NCBI GenBank assembly: GCA_050575255.1
Contig: JBNZDD010013730.1
Location: 7,966,012-8,030,011 of the forward strand
Reading direction: 5' to 3'
Source: Harriotta raleighana
Lineage: Eukaryota
Length of the DNA: 64,000 nt
Part shown: positions 39,091 through 50,914 of the stretch, one piece after another
Layout of the letters: each line of letters starts with the position of its first letter
How positions within the stretch are numbered: position 1 is the stretch's first letter
Notes under the pieces: generated by a model
Database searches by the model: none
Told to the model about the DNA's origin: nothing
The model's input: only the letters and a program-made list of their open reading frames with translations
Translations under genes and position numbers: made by a program

Positions 39091-39431
39091 TCCATTTTAA
39101 TGACTATTTGCATTAATAGTAAAATATCTGAATAAGAATTAGTCCATACGAGAGACTAATTATTTTACCACTATATTCAAATTCATGTCCTATTAGTTCT
39201 TTAATAGGACATGAATTTACCAAACAATTGATACTGGATTCTATCACTGTGAAGGGTTCTGTGGTGCTAATATGAAGATAATTATAATAAGGTAATAAAC
39301 ATAATTGTTTATTACAAAACATTAAAACTATAGTGCAGATATTCTCCGTCACTATACATCACATCTACTCTGAGTGTGATATTCAGTTGGGGAGGGATTT
39401 CCCAGTAAAACTTACATAAGTCGTAACAGTC

Positions 39432-39878
39432 GTGGGATCCTGTTGCTCAGTGATTAGAGCACTCGCCTTGCAAGCAAGAGACCTGGGTTCAATCCCAGCC
39501 TGGGCGAAACCTTGGACAAGTTTCCTTACTCCACATGCCTAATAATAATTCCTAGAAAAAAATCAATGATAAATTAGTCATTGCAATCCATGGCTGTTTT
39601 TTGGGACGCTGCTGTGCGTAATTGGCTGCTANCAGCCTGGGCGAAACCTTGGACAAGTTTCCTTACTCCACATGCCTAATAAAAAATCAATGATAAATTA
39701 GTCATTGCAATCCATGACTGTTTTTTGGGACGCTGCTGTGCGTAATTGGCTGCTACGTTTTTCCTCCACCAATATATGTCAATTCACTTTGCATTATATT
39801 CTGTGAAGTGCTTTGGGACATCTAGAAGATGTGAAAAGATGTGAAAAGTGCTATATCAAATGCAAGGATTATTATAAT
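39432..39878 (+). mobile_element. Full-length tRNA-derived SINE (internal false duplication at N 39632)
   Basis: Head with A box (gctcagtga), B box ggttcaatccc, linker, Deu-like segment, tail atcaaatgcaaggattatt; 39496-39631 repeated at 39633-39754. Confidence 0.92.
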
Positions 39879-39919
39879 ATATAATTCTTATTAAACAATA
39901 TGCCTATAATATATTAGTT

Positions 39920-40096
39920 ATTATTATATGAGCATGATATGGATTATTTAAACTGATGTGATTTATCAGACACTGTAAAAGCTCTGTGATAGAAATTGCA
40001 CAATAGAGAAATATACATTCATGTTTTACAAGTAACATGGTCAGAATTAATAACTTTACAACTCAAATGCATATTAAAACTTTCTTTGTTAATTAC
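39920..40096 (+). repeat. About 175-bp segment duplicated at 62213-62383
   Basis: attattatatgagcatg..tttaaactgatgtga..tatcagacactgtaaaagctc..tagaaattgcacaata..ttctttgttaattac in both, roughly 85% identical by eye. Confidence 0.95.
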
Positions 40097-40139
40097 TAGA
40101 AGATATGAAAAGCGCTTTATCAAAAAGTATTATTATTAT
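40096..40139 (+). mobile_element. Isolated second SINE tail
   Basis: ctagaagatatgaaaagcgctttatcaaaaag(tat)n. Confidence 0.8.
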
Positions 40140-41899
40140 GTGCTTCTCTTTAAAAATGCTTTTCAACTTACAATCTTCATAATTTTAAACCTGTTGTCTG
40201 AATATGACTGTCATGTATAAGGAAAAATATTTTTGATAATACTGTACAGAGTACATAATATTGATCCACTTTGCTTGATGCATTTATGAAGATATCAAGA
40301 ATCAGGTTCTGTGTCCAATGGATTGCATCACATAATTTGTATTCGGAACCAAACAATGTCCAATATGAACAAAATCTATTAAGACGATGGTAGCAAACAG
40401 CTTATATTAGTGCAAACTGTGTTCTATAACCAGAAAGCTTGTACTAAGATATTCTGAATTCAACTCAGAATAACAATTTAAAGATCCCAGTGGATAGTCA
40501 ACAGAAATTTACTTTACAAACCTAGTGAATAATTCCAGGACAAATGTTTTCTAGGCATGCTGCCAATTTCCAAGCAAGATCTTTAACTCTTTTACTGTAG
40601 TAAGCACCAGCAGCAGTCCCAAGACTGAAGGTCCCATAGCTATACGTCTCGTTTATTAAACGTAATAGATTGTTATGAATAAAGATAAATAGTATAAATC
40701 CCAGGATTGCTACTTAAATGAGCAAATGGGTAAGTAAATCAAGCCATCATTAGGACATAAATCTTATCAAATCTTATCAAAAATAGTTATTAATATGCAA
40801 ATAGTTGCAATCTCCTGCAGCCTCATTATTTTCCTGTTCAGCGTCTATTCTATCAAGGGCTGCAACCCACATTTGTGTGGCGCCTTGTTGAGCAGTACTG
40901 AGCACAGTCCTTTCCTGTGGGATTCTGGTAGAGAGATTTGTTGCAATGAGTAGGAGATAGAATCAATTAGCAGTGAGAATAGTTTAGCCAAAAAATGTTT
41001 AATAGAATTTGGCAGAAAGGTAGTCTAACCCAGTGACTTTCCCTTCAGGGATACCAAAGGAAAGCTTTTGAGCCTCTGGGGTTTACAAGGGGCAAAAGAG
41101 AATATTACATTGGCCTTTGTGGAGGATTAGAGGAATACATGTTGAAGATAATATTTTAAAACACAGAATGTGGGATGTATCCCTCAAAGGAATAGTTTGG
41201 GCATAAATGAGAGCATTGCTGATATGCTTTGGGCAAACATACAAGTAATAGCCAATCTAAAATAGGAAACTATAAAGCTACCACAGTATGAAACTCTGTC
41301 CCCATTTAAAGGGAGGAAATGTATTACATATTATCTATGTTATTTCAAGAATACTATAAAGCAAAAAAAATTATGTTGATAAATCATATTAAGACTCACT
41401 GTGGTGACACAAAGGATTGACATTGTCTTCCGAGCCCTCTAGTTTCCATAAATCCACAACCTTACTTCAGATTCTGCAAAACCCTCAATGAGAAATTATC
41501 CCACAGCTTGAATAAAGATGAAACTGCCAGAGTTTAAGATATCAACTGATAGAGTCCTCACACACTGACACTAAGCTATCTGTACCTGACAATTTGGCTC
41601 ATACATCACATTAAAATGAGACAGCTCTATCAAGTGCCAGACGGATGCCAGTTTTTTTTGGCCGCAGCTTAATAAATAGTCGTTGAAAACAATCCATTTT
41701 GTCAATGAATTGATGCTACTAAAGACATTTTAAAAGCAAATAAAAGTTCATCAATAAGCAAGCAGCATACAATCCTATATTTTGGTCAGAAAAAATGTTT
41801 CTGGGGATGCAGACAATCTTATTGAATCTTTTCTGATATTTCAATATCTAGTATCAAGTCAAGTATCAAGTCCTACCTCATGAACCACCAGCAGTATAC

Positions 41900-42950
41900 A
41901 TCTCCACTAACGCTTTCACCCTGTTACCTGTGGGGTATCCCAAGATACATCAGTGACCCCCTTCTCTTCCCTATCTACATGCTCCCTCTTGGTGATGTCA
42001 TCCACAGACATGGGGGACACTTCTACATGTATGGGGATGACACCCAATTTTACTTTTAAAACTCAATTTGCAACCACCAGTCCCCTTGATGTTCTGTCAG
42101 CCTGACTGTCAGACATCACGAGCTGGATAAGCGCAAATTTCCTTCAGCACAATGTGGACAAGATGGAAGCCATACTCTTCGGCTCCCTTCGACGTCTTCA
42201 ATCCCATGGCTCTCATCTCCTCCACCTACCCGACCTGCCCCTAAAACTCTTCGAACCCATATGCAACTTAGGCATCAAGTTCGACCCCCCAATTATCCTT
42301 CTTCCTCCACATCCAGTCCATCACACGCAATGCTCTCTTTCATCTCCGACACAACGCCCATCTCCACCAACATCTTTCCCCAAAAGCTGCTGAAATCCTG
42401 GTCCATGCCTTTATCACCTCTCAGCTAGACTATTCCAATGCCTTCCTCGCCAATCTCCCCTCCGCCTAAAATCCAGGTTATTTAAAATTCCACTACCCGC
42501 ATTCTCATTCGAACCAAACTTCGCTCCCTGATTACTCCAGTCCTAGTCAGACTTCACTGGCTTTCTATCTCGGAGCGGATTGATTTCAAGATTCTCACTC
42601 GTTTTCAAATCCCTCTACTGCTCTGCAACCCAACTATCTCTCTGTCCTCCTCTCCTCACAACATTGCCTTTGCTCTACCAGTCTGGCCTCTTCCTTGACA
42701 CCCGAATCCTCCGTTCCACCAGCGGCAGCCGTGCCTTCGACCACTACTCCCCGAGGTTCTGGAACTCCCTTCCTCACACCCTTCGCCTGATCTCCTTCTT
42801 TCCTATTTTCAGGTCACGCATAAAGATTTTTCTTTTCAACCATGCTTTTGGTCACCTTTTTCCACCTTCCCCCTGGCTTGGCCACGGGATCCGTTATTCT
42901 GAAGTGCTCCGAGACGCCATACTTTATTATAAATGAAAGGCACAATGTAT
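41900..42950 (+). mobile_element. L2 LINE fragment including RT core, decayed
   Basis: LFPIYMLPLGDVIHRHGGHFYMYGDDTQFY (YADD-equivalent at about 42030), VHAFITSQLDYSNA, LHWL, RAFDHYSPRFWNSLP; frameshifts and stops; decayed tail. Confidence 0.93.
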
Positions 42951-44280
42951 ATTCTACCATATTGAACATCTTAATTTAAATGGCGATGTCCTTGAGTAGC
43001 CAATGCAGTCTATCCTGCTGAACTTTCAGTGTCTCGTGCCAATCTGACCAAACTTGCTGGTCATTAAAATGAGCAAATGTCTTATTCAGCATCTATAAAA
43101 GAAGTTCCTCGTGATTAAGTCATGTGTATGAGCATTTAATGGTTATGTTTACTCTGCCAATGGAGGCAATTTGAATTTTAAAAATTTGTAGGTGGGGTAG
43201 AAGTTTTTAAGGAGGACGGAGCCAACTGAGCAGAGGGAGTGGGTGAGATGATCGGTGAAAGCTTCATGAGACATGATTTGCTCAATGTGTTAAACTGATA
43301 TTATCTTTAACTTAATATTTGTACATTTGGCCTCTACATCCTTTATGCTCGGAAATATTTACAATGGGGTCGTATTACCTCTCTCCTCACTTATCCCTTC
43401 CATTCATAGAGTGCAATCTTTGATCCACCAAATTGCTGTTTTGATTGGTGAAAATACCATTGTAGCCTGTACTGGACCAAACCTTTCATCTGCTTCACTA
43501 GTCTCGAAAACACTATCACAAATAACATTACTGCAGCAAGTGGAACATTTTGCCCTTTGGATGCTAATATCCTTAGAACAAGATGGAACGAAATTACAAT
43601 ATATTTTTCTTCAGGATTAAGTTAATACAGTGATTACTACAGAAAATGATATTCATTAAATATTCAATTTCCATGAACTGTAGCTTTAAGCAGTAGTATA
43701 TAGTAATGTTATTTAAAATAATTTGTAGGTGCTAATTACGTTAATATTCTTACTTACTTCAAGCAGGAGCTTGAACACTATTTTCTTTAAAATATATTAC
43801 CATATTACATTGAATAAAATAGGATAGTCAGAGCATGAACTTAAGATCCCTCATAAGTCTTCCTCAACATAGTTATGACCCCTGCAAAGTTTAAGACACC
43901 ACACAATATTTCCTCCCAAAAGATATTCTTTCCAGGCTGGTTTATTAGCTACTTGAGTTTTTATTGATAATAGTAGGGCAGAAGTCATTGTGTGGCAGAC
44001 ATGCCCATCATCCCCAGTAAAAACATTAGTGGCTAACCCTTTGTATGTGTTACAATGCACTTTAACACCACAGCCTCATGTACAACTCTCTGTGGATTAA
44101 ATGGGTTGAATTCTTGAAACTCAATCCAAATGAGGAGGTTTCAGCTTCACAAATAAGCAGCTCATGTCATGTCCCCAGCAGTTATGGGCCATAGGACAGT
44201 GTGATGTTTTATGCAAACATTGAGGAATGTGCTGTGTCCACTATTCTTTCCCCCTCCTAAAACTTTAAAAATATTTGTCA

Positions 44281-44592
44281 TAATAAATATAATTCTTGCA
44301 TTTGATATTATGCTTTTTATGTATTCTAGACGTCTCAAAGTGCTTTACAGAATATACTGTAAAGTGAATTGCCTGTACATTTGTGGGAAAAACATAGCAG
44401 CCAATTACACACAGCAGCGTCCCACAAATAGTCATGGATTGAGTGACCAAATGATTGTTTTTTTTTTTTTCTTGAGGGATTATTATCAGGCAAGTAGAGT
44501 AAGGAAACTTACCCAAGATTTCACCCTGCTGGGAATCGAACCCACGTCTCTCGCCCCAAGGCGAATGCTCTAAACACTGAGCGACAGGACTC
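44281..44592 (-). mobile_element. Full-length tRNA-derived SINE
   Basis: Antisense B box gggaatcgaaccc, A box cactgagcgacagga, Deu-like gcagccaattacacacagcagcgtcccaca, tail cttgcatttgata. Confidence 0.92.
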
Positions 44593-45954
44593 ATTCCCAT
44601 CTTTAGCAGACGCTACCCTAGGTGAAGGATGCTGCATAAATGCAAGTTATTATTGTTGTTTACATTCAGATTGTTGCTGGCTTCAGTTTATGTGTAAGAT
44701 TTGTGTAGAAATATTTTCTTTAATAAGCAATAATTTATATATTTGATGGGTACTGGAGCTAAGTTCTTTGAAGTGTGCAGTTAAAACTGAACAACAATAG
44801 GGATCTTGCCATTTTGTGTATGTGATGTTCACGGAAAAAAAAGCTATACAGCTTCTAACTTTAAAAGCCTTGAATTTCCAATTCCCCAATAATTTCTCGG
44901 ACACTGCTTTCTTCCTTCTGTGCTTAGATATGCTCTTAGGCTACCTTCGACTAACAGCAATCTGTTCACTTGACTAATTTCTAATTGCACTAGCTAGGGT
45001 TCTACAAACCATAAAATTTGATGCCAACGCTTGGTAATATGTCAGGTCCTGGAATATAGCTTCAGAGTGAAATGAAATGTCTGAGAAGATTTGAACTCTT
45101 GAGAAAATGTTAACCCCTTATAATTGTCTCCCTCGGGCTTAATAGTTTTATTTCTAACATTGTTCATTATCGGTCAATTTGGTTGAATCTGAAGACAGCC
45201 TGGATATTGGTGATGTGTGCGTAAGCAAGTGCACTGTCAGATCAGCCAGTTAAGTTGCCACTGTTCTACTTCCCATATTTCTCATTGGCACAACAATCGA
45301 TAAAAACAATACACAGAATTGACAATTTTGCAGACACACAATAATACCTTACATGATTTAAAGCCCCAGGCATACAGAGAATGATTTGAAAATTGCATAT
45401 GAAAAAGGATCTAAAATGGGATTCTTAACAACTTTCATGCCACTGTTGATGACTCACTCCTTCCTATAACATGCCGACACATGAGAAATTTGCTTCCATG
45501 GAATCCATTTCTGAACTGAAATTCTCATGTTATTGTGATGGAGGCTCATATATAACTCTCTGCTCGCTCCTTAAAGTGCATGTATGTAAGTGGTGCAATG
45601 TTCGTTCAAGATACGTGTGCAAATATGATTTACAAGAACAGTTGAAAAAAAATTGAGATTTGAAATTGAGTAACATTATAAAATTATATTAATGCCCAAG
45701 AAATGTTATGAGATTGATAATGTCATCGTTAGAAAACCATTGTGCTCAGACATTAACATCCTTGAGGGACTCATTACTCTGCTAAGGAAGGGTTGATAAT
45801 TGTAATGCCATCCAAAACACAGTTACTATGTATTAATGCTCTTCTTCCTCAGTGACTTTGCTGGCTCTGTAGATCTTGCAGTGAGTTCATTGCAATCTTC
45901 TATCATAGTGAAGACATTTATAAAAAATATAGGGCGAGGACCACCAAGATAGGA

Positions 45955-46053
45955 ATCCAGTTTAATGTTTTATTTGAATGACAGCATCTCTGATAATGTA
46001 GGGCTCTGCTGGTATGGCAGTGGTACATCCAGACTAAATTTTGAACTCAAAGT
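45955..46053 (-). mobile_element. DeuSINE/SacSINE1-like internal fragment
   Basis: gtttaatgttttatttgaatgacagcatctctgataatgtag..cagactaaattttgaactcaaagtc is a decayed reverse complement of the segment seen at 36444 plus the start of the Deu domain. Confidence 0.55.
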
Positions 46054-46074
46054 CTGTTGATGAGTTTGCTTCAT

Positions 46075-46333
46075 TTCCCTTGCTCGATCCGCCTTACAGT
46101 TCTGTCATTCTGGTCCGCTGTCTGAATCTTCAACTCTGAGATACTCTTTGTTGCTTCTTTTTTAACCTGCCTTCAAACCTGCCTTAACACTTATCCCTTC
46201 AATTGGACTTTCAGGTACCTTGCCCCCTCATCAAATTCCTACCCCCAGTTGGGCTCCCACTTAGACATATGAAGCACTTTGAAATGTCTTTCCAGCGTGA
46301 AAGGTGCTATATAAATATAAAGTGTTATTATTG
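46075..46333 (+). mobile_element. Old L2 3' fragment
   Basis: ccttcaaacctgccttaacacttatcccttcaa..gaagcactttgaaatgtc..gtgaaaggtgctatataaat. Confidence 0.6.
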
Positions 46334-47319
46334 TAGTTTGACAAATAGGGGTTAGACCCACTTATGGAAACCAACACTGTGATTAATTTTTATATTTCCG
46401 TGTTCTCTTTGCTTCAGGATGAAAAAAAAATCCTGCAAGCAGACTCACGACAGATGTCGCAAGAAAGGCAGCTGGCTTGTGAAAAATAGCACACAGATAT
46501 CAGTATATCATGCACTGTGTAGGTAGATTAAATGGTTCATTGTACCAGGCATATTTTATTTCCTTGTTCAAGATTTCATTTTGACATTAGATAACACTAG
46601 AGAAACAATGAAATGTGAAGTGTTGCTAAATCAATGTGCGCAGAAAGAATATTAAGTGAGTGTCCTTATGTAATAATTCACATGAGCTAACAGTCTGCTA
46701 CTGTAGTCGCAGTTCGTTGTCGCATAGGCAGAAATTCAGGGAAGATAAATCTAGGCCATCCCAGTAGATGCACTTCTAGGTTCACTTTCCCAGTCACCCA
46801 CAATGATTGTATTTTACATCCCCATGTGTCGTCTGTCAAGCTGTGGGATGTCTTCACTTGATATCTTCTAATCCAAAAGCAATGTGGAAGCTGACAGTTC
46901 ACTAGCACCGTTATTTCCCAAAAGAGATATTTAGTTTTATTATTGTACAACATTTAGTTGTGAATAGAAAAAAATAATTTCAATTTGGAACCTCAGGAAG
47001 CAAAGAACACACTTTTCCTTCAGCCTTGTGGCTTAAGTACATCTCTTTATAAATTATGCATTTTGTACTATTTCAATGTGGTATTTATGATACACCTCCA
47101 TGTGGGATGTTTCCAGAAAGATACATTTCAGAGCATTTGCTACATTTACCTTTTGGAAAGATACTGAATATGTGGTTGGCCAAATTAACCGACCATTTCC
47201 TAATCCGTGACATTCAGTCAAAGCTTTCCAAGAAAGGTTGGTTTTATTTAAAGGCATGTGGCATGTATGGTGCTGAACCTTTCCTTTGTATGCATTGAAT
47301 ATTTTATAGGGAGAGACAG

Positions 47320-47600
47320 AGAGACTGGTCTACTTTCTGTCTCTCACCTGATCCTCTCTCCCTCAGTCGGTAAGCTTGCAGCTATTCTGCCCTTGCGCTT
47401 TGGGACTCCCTTCACCTTGCCCCCTCCCTCCACACCTTCACAACAAGACAACAATTACATCCTTTTTATCCTAGTTTCAGCAACATCCCCCTTCTACCAC
47501 CACCACCCCTCAACTTCCTCCGTCTCTCTGCTCAGACCTAGTCAGCTGGGCAGAACTTTCTGAGAAGTCTTCCCAACATGGAAAGCACAACATCAATGTA
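47320..47600 (+). mobile_element. Old L2 3' fragment
   Basis: ctggtctact..ctgcccttgcgctttgggactcccttc..ccttcacaacaagac..; decayed tail. Confidence 0.55.
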
Positions 47601-48592
47601 AATTGTAAACATTTATCCAGTTTAAGTTCATCTTTAACAAAAATTTAAAGTCAAACTCTAAAATATTATTGGATATATCACATTATTCAAAGGCACTAAA
47701 CCAGTAAATGTCTTTTTTTAGTCAGAGTTCCTTGGTGCATGCATTCTGTGTAATTAACAGAGAACTGTATAATTCTTATCAAATAACAGTCTTGAAAAAG
47801 CCTAATGTTAATCAGATGAACACATGTAACACTTATTTCTCTTAATCAAAGAGTTATTTCATATCCAAACGCTTAGTTCCACAATGTAGACCGCAATTTC
47901 ATCAAAATCCTCATATTGCACCCCAAAACTGAACAACAAAACTAATCAATTAAATCTTTTTTTGGGGTGGGGGGCGGAATAAAGTATATAAATTTTCTAC
48001 AGATTTAACAGCAAGGGTAACCGGTAAATGATAAATGTACATGAACAAAACTTGCTAACCAGTAATGCTTGTTACAGTACAGTATTTGTTTAATTTAAAG
48101 ATGTTAAACTTACAATGAAGTAGAAGTTATGTTTTCGTACACATTCTACTGTAGAATCCCAATGCTTAATCAGTGATAATTGTGAACAACTAAGAGTCAG
48201 CTTTTATAATGACAAAGCACTGTAAAGTGTTCACTGTAGAGCAACGCATCCCAATTATTCATGCAGGAGGATGCATCAGCAAAACAATGTGATTAACTCA
48301 ATAAGAAGAATGTGCCCGATAAAAATAACAAGGTCTGTAGGTCTGGGGTTTGTGAGAAGCTCAGCTAACAAATGCTGAAAGATTTATGATAGGATTTACA
48401 AGGTGGGTTAGAACATCACTGTTTATTTCTAATGTGTTGCCAATTGCCCTTAAGGGAAAGTCAGTAACTATTTTTGTGCTACTACCCTTTCATTGTTTCT
48501 GTTACTGATCTAACAGTAGCTATCAACCCATTCACCATGTTAATGAAGACCAGTGGGAATGCTAGATAAAGGTAGCTTCAGTTAAAAAAAAA

Positions 48593-49068
48593 GGGGAGTT
48601 CTGTAGCACAGTGGTTAGCATGCTCATGAGAGAACATGGGTTTGATTTCCGGGAGGGGCAAAACTCTAGGCGTGTTTCCTTACTCCACATGCCTCTGTTT
48701 ACCTTGCAGTAAGTGGCATCCCAGCTATTATCTGATTGTCAGATTGCTTTCCAAGGGTGCTAATGCCCCTCTCCCAGAGAGAGGTCACTCGTTCCACAAC
48801 TGTATGTGGGATATAGCTCTGCGCAAATTGGCTGCCGTTTTTCGCCCAGAAAATATCATTCAATCCACTTCATGATATATTGTGTCAAGCGCTTTGAGAC
48901 ATCTNTCCACTTCATGATATATTGTGTGAAGCGCTTTGAGACATCTCAATGTGATAAGGTGCTATATCAAAAGCAAGCGTTATTTTGATTGAAAAGCACA
49001 CCTCGTGCCCAACATATGNTCTCAATGTGATAAGGTGCTATATCAAAAGCAAGCGTTATTTTGATTGA
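48593..49068 (+). mobile_element. tRNA-derived SINE, variant subfamily with a different central module (false duplications at N 48905 and 49019)
   Basis: Same head, linker and tail as the other copies, but about 110-bp centre ctctgtttaccttgcagtaagtgg...gagaggtcac. Confidence 0.85.
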
Positions 49069-50339
49069 AAATAATGCAAGTTCTTATTAATTATAAACAC
49101 AATGCAAGTATTAGCAGTTACATAAATTATGAACGTGATGGATTAAAGTGTATCTGCATACTGGAATATTTGATGTAAGTTATTCATTTGAGATGCAATC
49201 CCGAGTAGATCCAGAAAACGCTTTATTTCAGAACAGAACAAACAATGACTTGTCATGTTCACACAAGTGAAAGTCAGCCTCGCTCCAGCTTACAGCATTT
49301 CAAAAAACATGACTCTTTACATCCAGCAACAACCAAACAGCTGAGGAGTTACTGTATATGTGGTATATTTGGGTAATGTTTTCTCCAACATCTATGTTGG
49401 TGGGACCAATTTTATTTGGGAAATTGTTGTTCCAGATACACAAAGAAACTCCCCATTTCTTTTTAAAATGGGAACTTTAGTATCCTGGGATCTAAGTTTA
49501 ACGTCTCTTTTGAAGAGTGTCACCTTCTCGTTCTGCATTGGAACTTCTTTAATCAGCTTCTTTATTTTGTCAGAATATTTAACACCAGGAACAATCAAGG
49601 GATGTTTTGCAGTGATTATTATCTCCCTTTGATTTGGGAAAAATCCACTGATAATACATTTGTTAAACATTGCCCCAAACACATGTTCGCAAGTTGCGGA
49701 TGTGTTTGTGATCTAGGAATGGATTATGCCAGTTCAGTTCCTCACCTAGTGAGTTCAATTTACACCTCACTGTGGGTTGCAATGCTGCTGTTTGTCAATC
49801 ACATTTTCCATATCTTTCTACCTTATTTCCAAAAAGTCAAAGCGTTAGTGGACACTTTGTTGAGCTTATTATTTAGCTTTATTGGAGGAGTTAATGGAAG
49901 TCAAACATTTATTATTTTATCAGCAATTATGCCAAATTCACTGAAACAGAGCTACTCCAGCCATATACTGTATAACCTAAAATACAGAATACCACATGCT
50001 GAAAGCAAAATCTCTGCACAAAACATTAAAAAAGAAAACTTTTTTTAAAAAAAAACTCCTCTTGAGGAAAGAGTTTATCATAAATGTGTTTAAGATAGTT
50101 GGTGTTATTATAGGAATGGAATTTGTCTTTGTTTTCACCCTCCCCTGAATAAGATTACAAAAGAGTTTTTGGTTGAAGAAGACCCTTCATTCAAATTGAT
50201 CTCAAAATACTCTACCATCTTCTTGTAATGGTTCTAGTGTCCCAGCTTCAATCATCTTTTCTGGCAATTTTCTTCAGTCATTTATTTCCCTCTGGATAAA
50301 GAAAACCTTCATGTGTCTGTCCTGAAATTGCCCTTTACA

Positions 50340-50914
50340 GGCCTTCCCAACTCTTCCCTTCACAGGCTGCAGATCATCCAGAATTCTGCAGCCCGTGTAC
50401 TCTCCCGCACCAGGCTTCGTGACCACATCACTCCCACCCTAGCCCATCTCCATTGGCTCCCAGAGGATCAACTTCAAGATCCTCATCCTCACCTTCAAGG
50501 CCATTCACGGCCTTGCCCCCGCCTATCTCTCTGACCTTCTGTTCTCCCTATCAGCCTGCCCGCACCCTCCGTTCAGCAGACTCAGGCCTGCTCCGTCTCC
50601 ACCGTCCTAACGCCCAACCATCGATGGCTGGGATTTCAGCCTCTCTGCCCCCACATTATGGGACTCCATCCCACAGTCCCTCCACCTTGCTTCCTCCCTT
50701 TCCTCCTTCAAGGCCGATCTCAAGACCTTCCTCTTTGACCGCGCCTTTGGTTCCCCCTGCCCAATTCTTCCCACTCTTCTTCCCTCTCCCCCTATCCCCA
50801 ACCCCCCGCCCACTATGCTCGGGTCCCGACCTGACTGTTCAGCGCTTTGGGACATCCTCCCAATGTGAAAGGCGCTATACAAGTGTAATTTTGTTGTTTT
50901 GTTGTTGTTGTTGT
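50340..50914 (+). mobile_element. L2 LINE 3' end, relatively young
   Basis: GLPNSSLHRLQIIQNSAARVLSRTRLRDHITPTLAHLHWLP; YQPARTLRSADSGLL; tail agcgctttgggacatcctcccaatgtgaaaggcgctatacaagtgtaatttt(gtt)n. Confidence 0.95.

Noticed and set aside
46418-46522. Plus-strand exon candidate after a strong acceptor (DEKKILQADSRQMSQERQLACEK*)
   Set aside because: No recognisable product, weak donor and no partner exons
49602-50048. 148-aa plus-strand ORF (also 52683-53075, 24647-24997)
   Set aside because: Composition is typical of translated non-coding AT-rich DNA, with no motifs
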